This document shows, one piece after another, positions 8,800-18,226 of a stretch of DNA of 64,000 nt. The DNA is taken from positions 8,662 through 72,661 of the forward strand of contig JBCBBI010000016.1 of the NCBI GenBank assembly GCA_038531775.1, in the 5' to 3' direction. A model generated the notes under the pieces. The model was given only the letters and a program-made list of their open reading frames with translations, was not told where the DNA came from and did not search any database. This stretch comes from Pseudomonadota bacterium. GTDB lineage: Bacteria > Pseudomonadota > Alphaproteobacteria > Rhodobacterales > Rhodobacteraceae. Positions within the stretch are counted from its first letter, which is position 1. The number at the start of each line of letters is the position of its first letter. Made by a program: the position numbers and the translations under genes.

Positions 8800-9843
8800 T
8801 CAGCCGCCCTCACTGCCAAAAACTGAGCGTAACTGATCTGGATCGGTCGTCTGCTTTGGGCTGGTCGGGAATGGAGGGGCCATACTCTCACCGGTCTGTC
8901 TGGATCCGCGAGGCCTTTCTGATCTGGCAAGCGCACCGGCAGGGCGCACGCGACGCGGCATCACTTTCGATGAAATTTCATCGATATTCTCTGAGTCACC
9001 TACGCTGTCACTTTCATTTTGAGCCGCTTGGGCGTGTTCCTCTTTGAACTCGCCGTCATGGTCCTGAGATTTTCCAGCTTCCTGTTTCGTCTGTGCGGAT
9101 GTTTCGGAGGCGTCAACAGAGTTCGTTCCGACGGCAGACTGATAAATCGAGGTGTCCATGTGCTCCACGGTTTCGCCAAGATCACCAACCATTGTAATCA
9201 AATGCTCGAGGAACGCGCCACCGCCGCTTGCATTGAAAGCATCATAATCTTCTCCCGCTTCCAACGCCTGCGTCAGCGAAATCGGAAAGGTAGCCGCAAA
9301 TTTTCCTGCGACTTCTTTGCGTAGACGCGACAAAACACGCGCTCTATCCCGCTCCGTTTTGAGCTTGTCAAAGCGCGTTATAAGTAGGACGGACCGTTCG
9401 CGCACAGCATCCGGCATTGTGTCCCAAACCGCTGCTTCCGACTGCCGCCAGGCTTGCGTGGCATGGGTGCACCAAAGCACGGCATCAACTTCTGTAAGAA
9501 CGCGCTGCCAGACTTCTGAAGACATATTCGGGTCCGAAATGCCTGGAAAATCGATCATATCACAGACTTGCAGCACATCAGCTTCGAAAAACACGCGAAT
9601 GACGCGGGTTGTGTCCAGATCAATGCTCTCCAGATCAGACAGATCAACTGGTTCTTCGTTTCCGTTAAGGTCAATGCGAAAGGGCTCTTGGTTACCATGC
9701 GCCATCCAAACAGGCGACAGACGCGTTGCAGTAACTTTTTCAGGCAAAGGGCGGGCACCGAGCAAGAGATTGGAAAGCGTGCTTTTGCCAGCGCTGAATT
9801 CACCCATCAAAGCAATGCGGGGCTTACGTGTTCCCTCAGTCAT
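8800..9843 (-). CDS. Dynamin-like GTPase (short: G-domain plus low-complexity tail)
   Basis: G1 GEFSAGKS, G2 VTAT, G3 DFPG, G4 TRFD; ATGA overlap with the upstream gene. Confidence 0.85.
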   Translation of the reverse strand: MTEGTRKPRIALMGEFSAGKSTLSNLLLGARPLPEKVTATRLSPVWMAHGNQEPFRIDLNGNEEPVDLSDLESIDLDTTRVIRVFFEADVLQVCDMIDFPGISDPNMSSEVWQRVLTEVDAVLWCTHATQAWRQSEAAVWDTMPDAVRERSVLLITRFDKLKTERDRARVLSRLRKEVAGKFAATFPISLTQALEAGEDYDAFNASGGGAFLEHLITMVGDLGETVEHMDTSIYQSAVGTNSVDASETSAQTKQEAGKSQDHDGEFKEEHAQAAQNESDSVGDSENIDEISSKVMPRRVRPAGALARSERPRGSRQTGESMAPPFPTSPKQTTDPDQLRSVFGSEGG

Positions 9844-12008
9844 GCTGCAGTCCCTTCATCTTCCATGTCTTGCGTTTTGGCTACTGGGCGCGTCGGCCTA
9901 GCTGGTCTTCCGGAAGGTTCATCGTCTGCGTCCGCTTCTGCTTCGAGCTCGCCATCTAGAGAAAACTCCTCGAAAAGGATCTCGAACAAGGACTCCCGCT
10001 CTTCTTGTTGAGTAATGCCAAAAAGATCCTTGAGCTCTTTGGTCGAGATTTGCGACTTATGGCTCACATCGGTGAGGATGCCACTTTGCTCTCCAAGAAA
10101 CTCGTCATATTCATCAAGGGCAATCTGGCGAATTTCCTGCACCTGACCGTTTTTTAGGTCGTTAATAATCGGCATGGTTTCAGCTTCGATCAGCTCATAG
10201 AAAGCATCGGCATAAGCGCGATAACCTTTACGACGCTGCCACCAACCTTTCCACCAAGACGTCTGAAGATCGAGCGCAATGGTCTGGCCAAGCGTCACAG
10301 GCGGTGGAAATTCCGGGGCAGATGGCGGCAAAACCTTGAACCCATCAACCTCTGCTGAAAGCAGGCTGAGATAAGTTTTGGTTAGCTCATCAGTAACGCC
10401 ACCAAATACGCTGTCACAGGTACCTGCAACCGACTTTCGCATTGATTGATAGCTGGAACGCAAAAGGATGCGCAAACCGTCAGGAGAATACTGCCAAAGT
10501 TCGTTTTCGCCCTTGGTTTCTAGGTGTTGAATGAGCGACTCTAGAGCGCGACTGATAAAGCGCTTATGCGCCTGATCAATGCGTTTGGAGTAGTTTTCAA
10601 TCAGCGCGTCGAGTTGCTTTTCGAGAGTGGCACGGAAGCTGTCTTCCAACGCATCCAGATGTTTACCAAGCGTCTCGGGATCGACCACTTTCAATGCCTG
10701 GTTACTCATGCGAAGTGATACGATTGAGCTTGACGCTTTAAGGCCTTGTAGATGGTTCATCGCACGTTTGCGTATCGTGTTGAGCATCGTTGTGCCCTCA
10801 CCCTCCGCAATACGCTCGCCGATCTTGTCAAAAAGTGTTGGAAGGCCCGAATGGTCCCAGACTTGCTCGGCACTTAGCTCGGATTTACCGACGCCAGAGT
10901 AGTTTTGCAGGGCGGCCGCACTATCAGGGTCAAGATCATCGATCTGTTCTTGCAACGCCATGTTGGCCCAATAAGCGGAGCCAAATACGACTTCTAGATC
11001 ATCCGGACAGTTGTTATTGGCCAAAGTGCTGAGGATGGAGGTTCTGATTTCCTCAATCTCATCTTTGGGGTTGGCCAACTCGTCAATACGATTGACAAAG
11101 ATCACAACCTCACGGGATTTCACATTGGAAATCAACCGTATAAGACCCATGTCCATTGAGCTTAGCGCTTGCGTTGCCGAAAGGACCACAACGCAAATGC
11201 GGCTTCCACGTAAAGCATTAATGGTAATCTGCTCTCGCATCATGAAGGTATCGTTGACGCCTGGTGTATCGCGAATGCAAAGCGCATGAGGCAATGACGG
11301 CGCATCAATATAAAGATCGGCTGACTTTGTGATGTCGGCGAACTGACCTTGTGCATCCTGTGCATCTTCGTCTTCGAAATCGTCGCCCATACAGACGTAA
11401 CGCTGAATCAAATCATCATCGAGGTGGCGATAATTATGCGTTTGGCCGAGTAGCAATTCAAACTTGCGCCCAAGGCGAGCTTTTGTCTTTTCGCGCATCT
11501 CTGCGATTTGCTCACGCACTTTTTCAAGTTCGTCGGAAGCACCGGCACGGCTCGAAAGTTCACCAATGCGGCCACCATTTTCGACCAGGTGATCCCACTC
11601 GGACGGATCAAAAAACTGAAACGAGGCGATCGTTCCCTCGTCATTTACCTTAGTATTCAAATGCAATGAGGTCACAACGGATGTCCATGGGTTCACATCC
11701 GCAGGCAACAGGTCAGGGCGACCAGACATTGCATTTACAAGAGATGTCTTGCCCGACTTAATTTGGCCAATCATTGTAATGGACGGCTCAAACGCCTCCA
11801 TAGCATCGATCAGCTTATGTGACTTCTTTGATGCATTCTGACCACCGAGGCTTTCAATGTCCAAAAGCGCTTCGCGCATATCGGACATTTCCTGATGAAA
11901 CTCTTCCATTCGCTCAAGGCCGTTGCGCGCAAAATCCGGACTGAATGAACGAGCCGTCTGCGCGGTTGCAGCGGCGTCGCCCTCTATCTCGCTGTTTTCA
12001 ATATTCAT
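9840..12008 (-). CDS. Dynamin-like GTPase (full length, with helical stalk)
   Basis: G1 GQIKSGKT, G2 PWTSVVT, G3 DTPG, G4 NRID; long helical C-terminal half with SWWKGWWQRRKG. Confidence 0.88.
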   Translation of the reverse strand: MNIENSEIEGDAAATAQTARSFSPDFARNGLERMEEFHQEMSDMREALLDIESLGGQNASKKSHKLIDAMEAFEPSITMIGQIKSGKTSLVNAMSGRPDLLPADVNPWTSVVTSLHLNTKVNDEGTIASFQFFDPSEWDHLVENGGRIGELSSRAGASDELEKVREQIAEMREKTKARLGRKFELLLGQTHNYRHLDDDLIQRYVCMGDDFEDEDAQDAQGQFADITKSADLYIDAPSLPHALCIRDTPGVNDTFMMREQITINALRGSRICVVVLSATQALSSMDMGLIRLISNVKSREVVIFVNRIDELANPKDEIEEIRTSILSTLANNNCPDDLEVVFGSAYWANMALQEQIDDLDPDSAAALQNYSGVGKSELSAEQVWDHSGLPTLFDKIGERIAEGEGTTMLNTIRKRAMNHLQGLKASSSIVSLRMSNQALKVVDPETLGKHLDALEDSFRATLEKQLDALIENYSKRIDQAHKRFISRALESLIQHLETKGENELWQYSPDGLRILLRSSYQSMRKSVAGTCDSVFGGVTDELTKTYLSLLSAEVDGFKVLPPSAPEFPPPVTLGQTIALDLQTSWWKGWWQRRKGYRAYADAFYELIEAETMPIINDLKNGQVQEIRQIALDEYDEFLGEQSGILTDVSHKSQISTKELKDLFGITQQEERESLFEILFEEFSLDGELEAEADADDEPSGRPARPTRPVAKTQDMEDEGTAA

Positions 12009-12184
12009 CAACCCACTCTAGCCTTCGAATTAAGCCTCGTTTTTCGCTCTTTTAGAAACTGTCTAGGGACATTCACGGCGCTGTTCACGTTTTGAGTAGT
12101 AAAACCGCCAGTTCCGAGCATTTTTGTGGCATCAATTTGATTAAATTTCGAAGAACCCCAACCACGCATATTCTGCAAATACCC

Positions 12185-13744
12185 TTACGCAGCCAAACTT
12201 GTCTGCATCTCTTGCTTGACCTGCACCATCAGAGTCAGCGCATCGGAAGCCACGCTATCACCCGGCTCAAGCTGTATTAGTTGGATAACGTCAGCAGCAT
12301 CCATAGCGATATCACAGCATTTCTGGTAATGATGGTCGCCCTGATCACCATTACTTGTCAGATATTCCGCGACCCATGACACAGTATCGACACAGGTTTC
12401 GATAATTGCCCCGTCATCAAGCTCACCAGCGATCTGCTTTTCAAGCAAAACACCTCCTTCTGCACCCAACTGGTCAACAACTTGTTTGATCAAATCCCAT
12501 GACGCAGGCTGCAAACTTTCGACTTGCACAACCTCGGGCTCGTTGTTGGCATCCGTTTCCGTTGAAGATTCCGGCTCCGTGTTCTCTTCTATGTCCCGTT
12601 CAGGCTGGTCGTTAGGCTCGGCGCCAGTCTCGCTTGTTGCGTCCGAAGCAACTTCGGTACCTGTTTTTGGCTCTTCCGCCTCGGCTGATTCAACCAAGGC
12701 ATCTGTCGTATTCACTTGTTGAGCGTCGTTCTGCTTTTGCTCTTCCGCATTTGCATCAGTCTCTGGTTCTTGCTCAACTTTTCCAGACGTGTCTGAAGAA
12801 GGTTCTTCCTCAAGAGCACGTTCGACCGCTGCCAGAACTTCATTTTGAGGTGCAGCTGTCGGAGTTTGCTTGCTTTCGAGAGTCGCTTTTTTCGTATTGC
12901 CTGCAACTTCTGCTGACGGCGTAAGGTCAATCTGCCGCAGGAATACGTCCGCCTGATCAATACCGTGCTGGCGACCAGCCTCAACGTCTCTTAGGATCGA
13001 CGAAATCAGCGCGACCGCACCAGAGCTTTTCATTGTCTCTTTGTCGACAGTGCCATCAGGATTGCGCGCGGCAATTGCCGTTTTTGTACCGACGGGAAGG
13101 ACTTTTCTGAAAAAATCTTGGCCATTTGCTTCGGCTTCCGAAAGCCGTTGTCGCAATTCAGATTGTGAGCTGTGTGCATCTGTCTTTGTAACGACTAGAA
13201 ACGAGTGGTCATCGAGCTTTTCTGGAACCAAGTCCCAAAGATCTTGCTCAGCCTCTCCAAATTGACCACTTGTGCACCAAAGCGCGATGTCGATTTTTTT
13301 CGAAGCCCACTGGATAGCACGCTGCTGTTCTTCCTGGCTATCACCTGCGACCACTTCCATCATCGAAAGCTTGGTGAGCGCTGGCAAAGGCAGGCGCGCT
13401 TCGACGAACGCCGGGCTAAGCATGGACACTTCGCGCATGTCCTCACCTTCAACCGTCAATTGCGTGCGATCACCTAAGGTGCAAACCGCTTCGGCTTTAT
13501 CGCCGTGTACCAGTTGGATCGTCGGCAACCTAAAATGCTCAGGCAAAACCTCTTTGCCCAACAGCAAGTTCATTATCGCCGACTTCCCGCTTCCTGGAAG
13601 TCCGAAAACACCAAGCCTGAAAGGGCGCTCAATGCGTTGCAAAAGTCCTTTGGCACGCTGCTGCAGCTGTTCCGAAAGATTTTGCGATGCAATGACATCC
13701 TTCAGGTCTTTTAGAGTAGAAGGAATTTCCTCTTGGATTGTCAT
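12185..13744 (-). CDS. Dynamin-like protein with degenerate GTPase motifs
   Basis: G1 GLPGSGKS and G4 TKTD present; G2 Thr and G3 DxxG not recognisable (MMEVVAG); acidic linker; TAATG overlap with the PP2C stop. Confidence 0.75.
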   Translation of the reverse strand: MTIQEEIPSTLKDLKDVIASQNLSEQLQQRAKGLLQRIERPFRLGVFGLPGSGKSAIMNLLLGKEVLPEHFRLPTIQLVHGDKAEAVCTLGDRTQLTVEGEDMREVSMLSPAFVEARLPLPALTKLSMMEVVAGDSQEEQQRAIQWASKKIDIALWCTSGQFGEAEQDLWDLVPEKLDDHSFLVVTKTDAHSSQSELRQRLSEAEANGQDFFRKVLPVGTKTAIAARNPDGTVDKETMKSSGAVALISSILRDVEAGRQHGIDQADVFLRQIDLTPSAEVAGNTKKATLESKQTPTAAPQNEVLAAVERALEEEPSSDTSGKVEQEPETDANAEEQKQNDAQQVNTTDALVESAEAEEPKTGTEVASDATSETGAEPNDQPERDIEENTEPESSTETDANNEPEVVQVESLQPASWDLIKQVVDQLGAEGGVLLEKQIAGELDDGAIIETCVDTVSWVAEYLTSNGDQGDHHYQKCCDIAMDAADVIQLIQLEPGDSVASDALTLMVQVKQEMQTSLAA

Positions 13745-14787
13745 TATTTCTTACCAGCGGATACCTTTGCAGGTGGTTCTTCTTCAGGCGCGGCTTCAGG
13801 CACAGCGTTTTTTTTCGCTTTAGAGCTAGACCCTTTGGTACCGGATTTCTTGCCAGGCTTTGCATCGGACTTGTTGGCCGATTTGAATGCGATCACATCC
13901 TTTTTCGCCTCATCAAGCTGAATAACGCGCGTAACCGTTGAAGTCTTGGTCTCCATTGCATCGATAGGCTTCGGCTCTATCACCCGCTCCATCGGCTTGT
14001 TATGATTGAGCTTTAACACAGCAAAGGAAATATTATCCTGATCGGGATCTGCCAGCGCCTCAATCGCTTCCAATAGATGCCCCGCGATCTCAGCTGATTT
14101 GCGTCGGCGATACCGATGCAAAATCTTTTGGATTTTAGGTTCTTCGAGATATTGAAGGCCATCGCTGGAAACGACCACAATGTCGCCGACCTTAATTTCC
14201 GTCGGCGTCGAAGGGCAATCAGACTTTGCCACCCTGTCACCCAAAATCACGGATGTCAGACAGTTTCGGTCCGGATGGTTTTTAGCCGCTTCCTTATCAA
14301 GCAAACCTTGCTGAACCATAAAGTCGATTTGCGGCGCCATAGAATGATCTTCATTAAGCTGCTGCAGTTTTCCGCCACGCAGTAAGTAAAGCGGGCTGTC
14401 ACCAATCGACATCCAGAACATCCGGTTTTCAACCATGATGACCGACACCAAAGTGGCACCCATACCTCGAACCTTCGGGTTCTTTTTCACATGCGCTTTT
14501 ACAGCAGAATTAGCTTTTGAGGCTGCTACAGCCATAAAATCGGGAATTTCTTTCTCTTTCCGAACGAAATTCGCACTTTGGAATTTCAACTCGGCGAAAA
14601 CCTTAGTCACGACCAGTTTGGACGCGACGTCACCTGCAGCATGGCCACCCATGCCATCGGCAAGAACGATCAGGCCAGTGTCAGCACCAAACGGAAAATC
14701 CGTGGTTATCGCATCTTCCTGGTAGTCGCGGCCACCCTGACACAGGGCTGATGCAACATCAAATCTTGGTTCAGGCGATCGCCACAT
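13744..14787 (-). CDS. PP2C/PPM-family Ser/Thr phosphatase
   Basis: RDYQED, ADGMGGH, GATL, GDSP, DHS, SSDGL, DNIS; ATG 14787 overlaps the 3' end of the FHA gene. Confidence 0.92.
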   Translation of the reverse strand: MWRSPEPRFDVASALCQGGRDYQEDAITTDFPFGADTGLIVLADGMGGHAAGDVASKLVVTKVFAELKFQSANFVRKEKEIPDFMAVAASKANSAVKAHVKKNPKVRGMGATLVSVIMVENRMFWMSIGDSPLYLLRGGKLQQLNEDHSMAPQIDFMVQQGLLDKEAAKNHPDRNCLTSVILGDRVAKSDCPSTPTEIKVGDIVVVSSDGLQYLEEPKIQKILHRYRRRKSAEIAGHLLEAIEALADPDQDNISFAVLKLNHNKPMERVIEPKPIDAMETKTSTVTRVIQLDEAKKDVIAFKSANKSDAKPGKKSGTKGSSSKAKKNAVPEAAPEEEPPAKVSAGKK

Positions 14788-15625
14788 CGTCTTGCTCCTC
14801 CGGGCCTTCGTTCTCATCTGTCCAGTTGAATTCGGCTGTGCAGAGCGGAACGAAACGCAGGGTTGTTTCCCCTACCTTGATTTCATCGCCTGCTTTGATC
14901 TCTTCGTTGGAAATCACAGGTTTGCCGTTCAACCGAACGACGTTTTTCTTGCCACCGTGACCGATGTAGAATGCGTGGGTGTCTTGGTCGTAAACAATGG
15001 CTGCGTGATTGACACGCGACACGCTATTATCTCCGAAATCAAGGCGGATTGTCTGATCCTCGCCACGACCGATCTGCGACATGCCGGCTTCAAGAGAGAA
15101 GCACTCGCCTCTTCCTGGTCCGTGGGACACCGCGATAAAACCAACTGGGAACTTCACCCGCGAGGTTGGTTCCATTTTCTCAGCCTTATCGAAGGCGGAG
15201 ACAATGCTGTCTTCATTGCTGTCATCAAAACCAAGCAACCGCGTTTGGTTGCGACGGCGACGGCGCCGCTTTGGCTCTTCCTGTGGGAATACATCTGCCG
15301 GCTCATCGTCCTCGTCGAGATCCCAGATGTTGACGGCGGACTCGTCGGTCGGTTCCTCCATCGTATTGATCTTGTCCAAGATCGCGTCCTGAGCGTCGCT
15401 TTCTGACTGCCTCGCAGCAGCCTCAGATGCCCCGTCGGATGCCGAATCTCCAGCTACGACCTGAAGGCTCGATGTCGTTTGCGGCGCGGGCGCATCACCA
15501 AAGCCACTTGGCATTTCGATTTCAGGCTTCTTAGCTTTTCTGACTGAAACCAAATCCTCTAAACGCTCTGCGGGTTCCAACTGCTCGGATTGCTTGCGGG
15601 AAAGTAGATCTTTTATGAACTTCAT
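14771..15625 (-). CDS. FHA-domain protein with disordered acidic N-terminal region
   Basis: FHA signature IGR...VSRVNH...NG in the C-terminal third. Confidence 0.88.
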   Translation of the reverse strand: MKFIKDLLSRKQSEQLEPAERLEDLVSVRKAKKPEIEMPSGFGDAPAPQTTSSLQVVAGDSASDGASEAAARQSESDAQDAILDKINTMEEPTDESAVNIWDLDEDDEPADVFPQEEPKRRRRRRNQTRLLGFDDSNEDSIVSAFDKAEKMEPTSRVKFPVGFIAVSHGPGRGECFSLEAGMSQIGRGEDQTIRLDFGDNSVSRVNHAAIVYDQDTHAFYIGHGGKKNVVRLNGKPVISNEEIKAGDEIKVGETTLRFVPLCTAEFNWTDENEGPEEQDDVAIA

Positions 15626-15658
15626 TACTTGCCTCTATTTTTATGAACTGCAGTTACG

Positions 15659-18154
15659 TTATCCAGCATCGCCCGAGTAAGTCAGCGAGACGACCCAAGT
15701 CGATCCATCGCGTGATACGGCAAAACTGAACTGTTCTTGTCCATTGGCCAACTCACGTTCGAAGATATCCTTGATTGTGGTACGGCCTTCAATTTTCTCA
15801 GACGTAGACATCAATGCGATGACCTGGTCACCAACTTGGAAGTTGTTTTCGCCACCGGCACTTTCAGTCACGTAGGTTTTCCAGACATCGTCTTCAAAGC
15901 GAGTGCTGAATTGCGTACCGTTAAGGAGGGCTGTTCCCTGAACAATCGGGATGTTCCACTCTTGCTCCGTGGCTGTACCGCCATTTGCGGGTTCAACAGT
16001 GAATTCCACTTTTTGCAGAGCGCCGCCACTTGGCTCAACTGTAGAGCGCAGGATGCCCTGAATATCGGAGATCTGGTTCACAGGCTCGCCATTTACCGCA
16101 ACAATCCGGTTTCCGGCAACGGCCCAAGCCGGCGCCGCAGTGTCAACGTCTTCGATAACGTTGCTACCGAAACTTCCAGAAAAAGGAAGTTCAATGGACC
16201 AGTTGGATAGCACACCTGCGGCCTCTGCCGGCGCTGAGCTTGGTGCAGCTGCAGGTGTTTTTTCATCCTGGTTGCTGACCGCTGCTACGACCTGTTGCTC
16301 TGGCTTGTCCGTTTCGCTTGCCGCAGTGTTTTGATCAGCTTCTTCACGCTGTCTCAAAATATCAGCAAACGTCTGGGCTGCAGGAGCTTGTTCTTCAACT
16401 TTTTCCCGTTGGGCTGCAATGTTGGCAGAAATTTCAAGCAGGCGCGCGGCCTTCTTTTCGTTTTCCGTAAGCTCAACAGGTTGCTCTTCGCTAACCTGTG
16501 TTTCCTTTTCAGCCGCATCTGCTGCGGCTTGACGCTCAGCCTCTTCTTTCGCTGCTTTTTCTGCAGCAAGGCGTTGCGCTTCGCGCTCGGCTGCGGCGAT
16601 CGCTGCTAAACGAGCCGCCTCTTCTTCGGCTGCTTTCGCCGCCGCCAACTCTGCCTCGCGTTGTGCAGCCGCTTCGGCGGCTGCTGCCTCTGCAAGGCGC
16701 GCTTCTTCAGCTTCACGCTCTGCCTTTGCCGAAGCTTCAGCTGCTGCAATTTCCGCCAAGCGTGCTGCTTCAGCTTCCTCGGCGGCGCGTTCAGCTGCTA
16801 GCTTGTCAAGACGGGCGGCCTCTTCATCAGCGGCTCGCTCAGCTGCAAGGGCCGCCAGACGCGCCGCCTCTTCTTCAGCTGCTTTTGCTGCGGCTAGGTC
16901 CGCTTCACGCTGAGCGGCTCTCTCTGCTGCCGCAGCCTCTGCAAGACGCGCCGCTTCGGCTTCTTGCTGTGCTTTTGCTGCTGCAGCCTCCGCTTCACGC
17001 TGGGCAATCTGCTCAGCACTATCTTGAGCGGGCGCGCTGGCTTGTTGGACGGGTTCTTCTTCCGATCCACCAAATGTACCCATAGCAAACATGCCGCCGA
17101 CGGCCAGAACTGCTACTGCAGCAACCGAGCCGAAAAGAACAGCGTTCGATGACTTCTTTTCCGACGCTGCGGTTTCGACAGCGGCAGACGACATAACAAC
17201 CGGGGATGTGACGACACGGGATTTACGGCGCGAGCCGTCAATCATCTCGAGCCATTCTTTAGCTGATTGAATACGGTCCTTTGGAACAATTTCCATCGCC
17301 ATATCGATCGCGGCAAGGAACTTCTTGTCGAAGCCTTTGACATTGTCAGAAAGCGGAACGTAAGGATCGTCTTCGCTTGCAGCAATAGCGGCGAGACGCG
17401 CTTGGCTGTTGGCGGGGATTTCTCCAGAGATCAGATGATAGAACGTTGCCGCAAGGGCATACAAATCACTTGAAGGCGTCTGAGTGCTGCCCTGAACATA
17501 AAATTCCTGTGGTGAGTAGCCGTCTTTGACAACGCGAAGCGCCGAAAGGACCCGGCTCTTCTTTGTTGCTTCCTCCCGCGCAGCACCAAAATCGATCAAA
17601 ACCGGGCGCAAGTCTTCGTCCAAGAGGATGTTATCTGGAGAGATATCGCGGTGCAGGATGTCTTGATCATGGATATAAGAGACCGCGCCAAGCACGTCTT
17701 TGAGAATACCTTTGATCTGTGGCGCGGTAAGTGTCTTTGCTGAATCTTCTAGTGTGTCGAGCAGATCACTACCTTCTACGAAATCCAGTACCATGTAGGC
17801 GGTAGAATTGTCTTCGAACACCTGGTGCACACCAACGATGTTTGGATGCTCCAGTTTGGCCAAGCTTCTGGCCTCTTGGACGAACAAGTCCACAACCGAT
17901 TTCAGTTCTTTCGTGTGGGCACGCGAACGAGGTGACACGATGGCACGAGACCGATGACAGAATGACGATGGGAAGCATTCCTTGATCACGACACGACGGT
18001 CCAAACTGTCGCGCGCTAGGTACGTGATCCCGAAACCACCGGAGTTCAGGAACTTCTCAATGGTGAATTGTCCCTGAAGGAGTTCCGTCCCGGGTGCCAG
18101 TTCATCGACGAAGCTTTCGTCATCTTTTGCTTGCTTTTTTTGTGCGTTGCCCAT
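15659..18154 (-). CDS. Hanks-type Ser/Thr protein kinase, single TM, Ala/Glu-rich stalk, PDZ-like C-terminus
   Basis: SGGFGITY, VIKE, HPNIV, HRDISPDN, DFG, YSPQE, SDLYALA; TM VLFGSVAAVAVLAVGGMFAM; GNRIVAVNGEPV and VGDQVIAL are PDZ-like. Confidence 0.92.
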   Translation of the reverse strand: MGNAQKKQAKDDESFVDELAPGTELLQGQFTIEKFLNSGGFGITYLARDSLDRRVVIKECFPSSFCHRSRAIVSPRSRAHTKELKSVVDLFVQEARSLAKLEHPNIVGVHQVFEDNSTAYMVLDFVEGSDLLDTLEDSAKTLTAPQIKGILKDVLGAVSYIHDQDILHRDISPDNILLDEDLRPVLIDFGAAREEATKKSRVLSALRVVKDGYSPQEFYVQGSTQTPSSDLYALAATFYHLISGEIPANSQARLAAIAASEDDPYVPLSDNVKGFDKKFLAAIDMAMEIVPKDRIQSAKEWLEMIDGSRRKSRVVTSPVVMSSAAVETAASEKKSSNAVLFGSVAAVAVLAVGGMFAMGTFGGSEEEPVQQASAPAQDSAEQIAQREAEAAAAKAQQEAEAARLAEAAAAERAAQREADLAAAKAAEEEAARLAALAAERAADEEAARLDKLAAERAAEEAEAARLAEIAAAEASAKAEREAEEARLAEAAAAEAAAQREAELAAAKAAEEEAARLAAIAAAEREAQRLAAEKAAKEEAERQAAADAAEKETQVSEEQPVELTENEKKAARLLEISANIAAQREKVEEQAPAAQTFADILRQREEADQNTAASETDKPEQQVVAAVSNQDEKTPAAAPSSAPAEAAGVLSNWSIELPFSGSFGSNVIEDVDTAAPAWAVAGNRIVAVNGEPVNQISDIQGILRSTVEPSGGALQKVEFTVEPANGGTATEQEWNIPIVQGTALLNGTQFSTRFEDDVWKTYVTESAGGENNFQVGDQVIALMSTSEKIEGRTTIKDIFERELANGQEQFSFAVSRDGSTWVVSLTYSGDAG
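16601..16951 (-). repeat. Internal 34-aa duplication in the kinase stalk
   Basis: ARLAEAAAAE(R/A)AAQREA(D/E)LAAAKAAEEEAARLAA at 16850-16951 and 16601-16702. Confidence 0.85.
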
Positions 18155-18218
18155 TTCAAGACTACCTTTAAACCATCGACTCCACGGATGAATCCTATGG
18201 AGCGTTCACCAATTATTC

Positions 18219-18226
18219 ATGGTTAA
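18219..18226 (-). promoter_or_regulatory. Possible CtrA half-site TTAACCAT upstream of the kinase operon
   Basis: Minus strand reads TTAACCATGAATAAT about 65-70 bp upstream of ATG 18154. Confidence 0.3.

Noticed and set aside
16500-17013. Repeat array or CRISPR-like periodicity
   Set aside because: Repeats are in-frame coding degeneracy with no spacers and no cas genes
16498-17085. 195-aa Leu/Pro/Gln-rich ORF on the plus strand
   Set aside because: Antisense shadow of the Ala/Glu repeat in the kinase
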